Part shown: one piece after another, positions 34,744 to 38,089 of the stretch
Position numbering within the stretch: position 1 is the first letter of the stretch
How the letters are laid out: each line of letters begins with the position of its first letter
IMG/VR virus record: IMGVR_UViG_3300033067_000471
Location: 1 to 38,089 of that record
Length of the DNA: 38,089 nucleotides
Direction: 5' to 3' (one strand)
Origin: a virus
Lineage: Duplodnaviria > Caudoviricetes
Translations under genes and position numbers: made by a program
Notes under the pieces: generated by a model
What the model saw: the letters and a program-made list of their open reading frames with translations, nothing else
What the model was told of the DNA's origin: nothing
The model's database searches: none

Positions 34744-35180
34744 TGACCCTATCAACCGAACTCGAGCAAGCGGCTAGAGAGTATTCAGAAACATTTGAAA
34801 CAAAAGAAGACATTGCGGATTATCACATTGAAGACGCGTATAAAGCAGGAGCCACCAAAGCCCTAGAGATCATTCGGGGGAGTGGTGGAGTAAAGATTGA
34901 TCGTTATTATGACTGGTATGAAGAGGGTTTACAATTAGATGAAGATGGTGATTACGTTAGATATGACGACCACATACACACCCTAGATTGTTTTAAGCTC
35001 AAGATTCGGGAGCTAGAGGAGAAGTTTAACAACTTAGACTTGGTTTTAATTAAAATTCAAAATTCAGTAGCTATGGCTTCTTGCAATGAAAATGAATTAT
35101 TTAAAGAATTGGCAATACAAATGACTACGATTATTGAAAACGCTCGCGGTGCAGAACTCACAAAGGCCGATCATGGGTAA
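34743..35180 (+). CDS. Hypothetical protein
   Basis: GAGGTG RBS; AYKAGA and EDGDYVRYDDH motifs followed by a coiled coil. Confidence 0.7.
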   Translation: MTLSTELEQAAREYSETFETKEDIADYHIEDAYKAGATKALEIIRGSGGVKIDRYYDWYEEGLQLDEDGDYVRYDDHIHTLDCFKLKIRELEEKFNNLDLVLIKIQNSVAMASCNENELFKELAIQMTTIIENARGAELTKADHG

Positions 35181-35493
35181 GAAAGAAGACGAAATGAGCG
35201 CGCAAGAAACCATAGAGCATTACGGAGCTGATTATATCTATGAAGAAGTTGGAAATCGTCGAATGGATAAAGACGAGACTTTTGTTAAGTCAGCCACTTT
35301 TAATTATCACACCGCTACCATAAAGTCCGAGCTATCAGCTCTTAGGGTTGAGAATGAGCGCCTTTCAAAGTATTTAGATAAAGCAAACAGTTTAATACAT
35401 TTTGATTTTGATAAAGCCTCAACAGGTGCAGTCATGAACCACTCTAACGAGCTGCAAGAGTATAGGCTCACCCACCCAAAGGAGACGAAGTAA
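35173..35493 (+). CDS. Hypothetical protein
   Basis: Start at ATG 35173 or 35194; coiled coil. Confidence 0.6.
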   Translation: MGKKEDEMSAQETIEHYGADYIYEEVGNRRMDKDETFVKSATFNYHTATIKSELSALRVENERLSKYLDKANSLIHFDFDKASTGAVMNHSNELQEYRLTHPKETK

Positions 35494-35663
35494 TGAAAGT
35501 GCATAAGTTAAAAGAAGTATACAGCGAGCTTGAGAATATTCTTGAGGACGTTATTTCACTTTGTGGAATCAAAATTAAAACACCACATAAGCAGCTTTCT
35601 ATAGACGATCAAGACGTAGATTGTAAGCGATGCCTTAAACTAATCGGAAAGAAGAAAGTATGA
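35493..35663 (+). CDS. Small putative zinc-binding protein, 56 aa
   Basis: Below cutoff; AAGGAG RBS; VH...SLCG...VDCKRC; overlaps at both ends. Confidence 0.65.
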   Translation: MKVHKLKEVYSELENILEDVISLCGIKIKTPHKQLSIDDQDVDCKRCLKLIGKKKV

Positions 35664-36094
35664 GTGAAGTGAAAGAAAAGCCACTAGGATTTGTTGGCGT
35701 AGTTTATGTTAAAATGGAGAGTATCCCATTTACAGGCGAACGACATTTAAAAGAGCCGACAGACTTAGTTGAGTTTAGCGCCTATCTCGAATCCCAGCAG
35801 CGCATTAAGAGCTTGGAAGAGGACGCAGATATAGCTCAAATTGCTTTTGACATTGTCGATGGGCAAAGACTAGCGGCTTTTGCAAGAAATAATGAACTCG
35901 AAAACAAAATCTCTGAACTCGAAGCGCAGAATAAGAAGCTGGGTGAGGCTTTGAAAGAGGCAGCGAGTGAGCTTTATACAACAAGTAGAGCGAATACTTT
36001 TGGTAATGAGTGGATTCAGAAAGAAAACGCAATAGCGTGTGGTGAGGCTCATTCAAAGGCGCAAGCAGTATTAAAAGAATTGGAGATAAAATGA
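35660..36094 (+). CDS. Hypothetical coiled-coil protein
   Basis: ATGA overlaps; heptad-rich middle. Confidence 0.65.
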   Translation: MSEVKEKPLGFVGVVYVKMESIPFTGERHLKEPTDLVEFSAYLESQQRIKSLEEDADIAQIAFDIVDGQRLAAFARNNELENKISELEAQNKKLGEALKEAASELYTTSRANTFGNEWIQKENAIACGEAHSKAQAVLKELEIK

Positions 36095-36477
36095 AACAGT
36101 ATCCGTTGATAGAGGATTGTGGTTTAGAAGTAGAAACATATTATGCTGGCGGTAAAGACGTTATTTATTATGTTAAAGCAGCTCCATTACAAAAGCTCTT
36201 GAGTGAGGGTGTTAAGGTAAATGGCGGCATAACTTCTTATAATTCTGACAAGCCAAAAGATAATTGGGGTTTTGACAGTCACTACAAAGACGATACTTCT
36301 ACTCACACAGGTTTAGTCATCAACATCAAGCCCATACAGAAAGAAGTTCCAATAACAATTACAAAATCGTTATTTATCGAAACTCTTAAAGAGATAGGTA
36401 TAGATCACCCAAATACGATTGCAGACGCATTAAGAAAAGCAGGTTTTGAGCGCATCGAATCACAAGGGGTTGAGTAG
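36091..36477 (+). CDS. Hypothetical protein
   Basis: GGAG RBS; ATGA overlap. Confidence 0.65.
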   Translation: MKQYPLIEDCGLEVETYYAGGKDVIYYVKAAPLQKLLSEGVKVNGGITSYNSDKPKDNWGFDSHYKDDTSTHTGLVINIKPIQKEVPITITKSLFIETLKEIGIDHPNTIADALRKAGFERIESQGVE

Positions 36478-36636
36478 GTGGAAGAAAAAGAAACAAAAAC
36501 AGCTAGAGAAATAGATCAAGTTGTTTGTAATTGGACTATAGACAATGGCGTTAGCTTAACAGAAAACCAGCTTAATAGTTTGGTTGATGTGTTGTGCGAT
36601 CTTTTTGAGATAGATGCCAAGGAAGAACTTAATTAG
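36478..36636 (+). CDS. Small acidic protein, 52 aa
   Basis: Below cutoff; GTG start after AAGGGG; MEEKETKTAREIDQ...EELN. Confidence 0.55.
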   Translation: MEEKETKTAREIDQVVCNWTIDNGVSLTENQLNSLVDVLCDLFEIDAKEELN

Positions 36637-36660
36637 CCCCATCGGGCGGAAAGAGGGGAT

Positions 36661-36798
36661 ATGATACCAATTCCTGAAAAGATAGAATTTAGATTTGTAA
36701 TAAGTAAAAATGATCCAAGAATTTGGTTTCATAGATACAAAGCTTTTAATGGTTTTGAAATAAAATTAGCTTGGTTTTATTTTCAAGTAACATTTTAA
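36661..36798 (+). CDS. Small aromatic-rich protein, 45 aa
   Basis: Below cutoff; GAGGGG upstream; MIPIPEKIEFRFVISK...WFYFQVTF. Confidence 0.55.
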   Translation: MIPIPEKIEFRFVISKNDPRIWFHRYKAFNGFEIKLAWFYFQVTF

Positions 36799-36818
36799 CC
36801 CCCAACAGAGAGGAATAG

Positions 36819-37223
36819 ATGATAACATTTAAAGAGTTAATGGGAGATATGAAAGCCCCGACCGATCACTTAATAAATGTTCATTCGACGCTTATTAAGC
36901 TAAATAAACTTAGAGATGCTTACGGCAAGCCTTTACGAGTTACTAGTGGATACCGATCAATGGCAAAACACTTAGCCATATACGCCGCTAAAGGCATCAC
37001 AGATCAATCTAAAATACCAATGCAATCTAATCACCTTAAAGGATTAGCTGCTGATGTAGTTCCGATTGAAGACGATATTAAGCACTTACAGGATTGGATA
37101 TTGGATAACGTAAAACTTATGGAAGAAATCGGGCTTTGGTTTGAGGATTTTTCAGCTACGCCTACGTGGTGCCATATTCAGGTTGTGCCGCCTAAGTCTG
37201 GAAAAAGGTTTTTTGTTCCATGA
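36819..37223 (+). CDS. Peptidase M15 family protein, probable endolysin
   Basis: VTSGYRS, SNHLKGLAAD and WCHIQ zinc-ligand motifs. Confidence 0.85.
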   Translation: MITFKELMGDMKAPTDHLINVHSTLIKLNKLRDAYGKPLRVTSGYRSMAKHLAIYAAKGITDQSKIPMQSNHLKGLAADVVPIEDDIKHLQDWILDNVKLMEEIGLWFEDFSATPTWCHIQVVPPKSGKRFFVP

Positions 37224-37465
37224 TAACCCCACTTAACCCATCAATTCCAGTTTTTGTAGTAGATCAAGGAACTGGAGAATGTATTGGATGGATTGACTAT
37301 GGACCAGAACATCACTTGCTTTGGATAGTTTCTATGGATAGTACAGGGGAAGTATGGCAAGTTCCAAATCCACAAATAAGACTATGCAGAAACCCATCAA
37401 TGTTACGTCATGTGAAAGAAGGAAAAATTGATAAAAAGTCCACAGATAAAAATACTAGTTCATAA
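37220..37465 (+). CDS. Conserved-looking phage hypothetical protein
   Basis: LNPSIPV...G...GWIDYGPEH.LLW.V....GE.W...N..IR. Confidence 0.7.
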   Translation: MITPLNPSIPVFVVDQGTGECIGWIDYGPEHHLLWIVSMDSTGEVWQVPNPQIRLCRNPSMLRHVKEGKIDKKSTDKNTSS

Positions 37466-37961
37466 TAGTTATTTAACTAACAATAAAGAAGAAGGATTTT
37501 CTGAAGCATATATGATTGGTTTAGACTGTAGAGATGGAAGCCATATTAGATTTACAGTTTATTTAAGTTCTGGAGCAATCTTCAGCGGACTACCTATAGA
37601 AGCTATTTACTGTGATAAGTTTAATGAAGTAAATAAAAAGGGTAAATTAACTAATCAGCATCTACAGCCTTATAGTTGTTTAGAAGGTGTTGTTTCATGC
37701 TTAGTGTACGACTTAATAAGAAATTGCGCTGTCTTAATTAAAAACTTAGGTGAAGCTAACTATCTTTTTACAATTAATTATCAAGGCTTTGGTTTGTCCG
37801 ACGATCCTGAACAGCACAAAACTCACAATATAGTTGTTCTTAAAAATGGACAGCTTGCGGCTATTCCAAATAATTATATGTTAGTTAAAGATAACTGGTT
37901 TTCAACTGGAAAAACTTTAAAGTATTCTAGAGTTAAAAAACATTACTTTGCAGGAGGATAA
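37428..37961 (+). CDS. Conserved-looking phage hypothetical protein
   Basis: GAIF.GLPI.A, YLFTI, SDDPEQHK, NGQLAA.PNN motifs. Confidence 0.7.
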   Translation: MIKSPQIKILVHNSYLTNNKEEGFSEAYMIGLDCRDGSHIRFTVYLSSGAIFSGLPIEAIYCDKFNEVNKKGKLTNQHLQPYSCLEGVVSCLVYDLIRNCAVLIKNLGEANYLFTINYQGFGLSDDPEQHKTHNIVVLKNGQLAAIPNNYMLVKDNWFSTGKTLKYSRVKKHYFAGG

Positions 37962-37988
37962 ATAAAAATGGCCCCTTTAAGAGGCCAT
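37961..37988 (-). terminator. Rho-independent terminator for a minus-strand unit entering from the right edge
   Basis: Minus strand ATGGCCTCT-TAA-AGGGGCCAT followed by TTTTATT. Confidence 0.7.
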
Positions 37989-38089
37989 GAGATTTGGTCT
38001 AAGGTTTCAAGCCTGATCCTACAATCCCTGTTAGAATATCCTAGTAGAATACTCCAGTTTGTACAATAGCTCTTTCTGATCTGAGTTAT

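Noticed and set aside
17053-36056. Shadow ORFs at 17053, 17533, 20801, 23281, 23524, 23855, 24072, 24936, 28931, 31431, 32145, 35307, 35805, 35870
   Set aside because: Antisense or off-frame to better-supported genes, with no independent support.
1-38089. Stop-codon reassignment
   Set aside because: TAA, TAG and TGA all end genes that abut the next start, and long genes are intact under the standard code.
37989-38089. 3' end of a minus-strand gene at the right edge
   Set aside because: Two frames are open and too little sequence is present to choose or assign a product.

Overview
The window is about 38 kb of an AT-rich tailed-phage genome with podovirus-type morphogenesis genes resembling Bordetella phage BPP-1 (Bbp10-Bbp22-like order). 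It uses the standard genetic code. Left arm (minus strand, 1-18207): small terminase, a lone Xre/MbcA/ParS-type antitoxin domain, large terminase split by a +1 frame change inside its Walker A motif, GNAT acetyltransferase, portal, a signal-peptide protein, scaffold, major capsid, cement, tail tubular A and B, and three internal virion proteins, the last running off the left edge. A control region (about 17.6-18.7 kb) carries a GC hairpin with G-runs, two Fur-like boxes, four perfect DnaA boxes, an IHF consensus, operator-like palindromes and divergent sigma70-type promoters. Right arm: many small early genes, a minus-strand YqaJ exonuclease/RecT module, a metallophosphoesterase, a Cro-like HTH, SF2 helicase, VRR-NUC, primase/VirE-type helicase, a CsrA-like protein, a DUF6745-like protein with fifteen 12-bp repeats varying at one codon plus its partner gene, further small genes and a peptidase M15 endolysin. 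I saw no integrase, DNA or RNA polymerase, reverse transcriptase, tRNA or CRISPR array. All family calls come from motif recognition by eye, not database searches.
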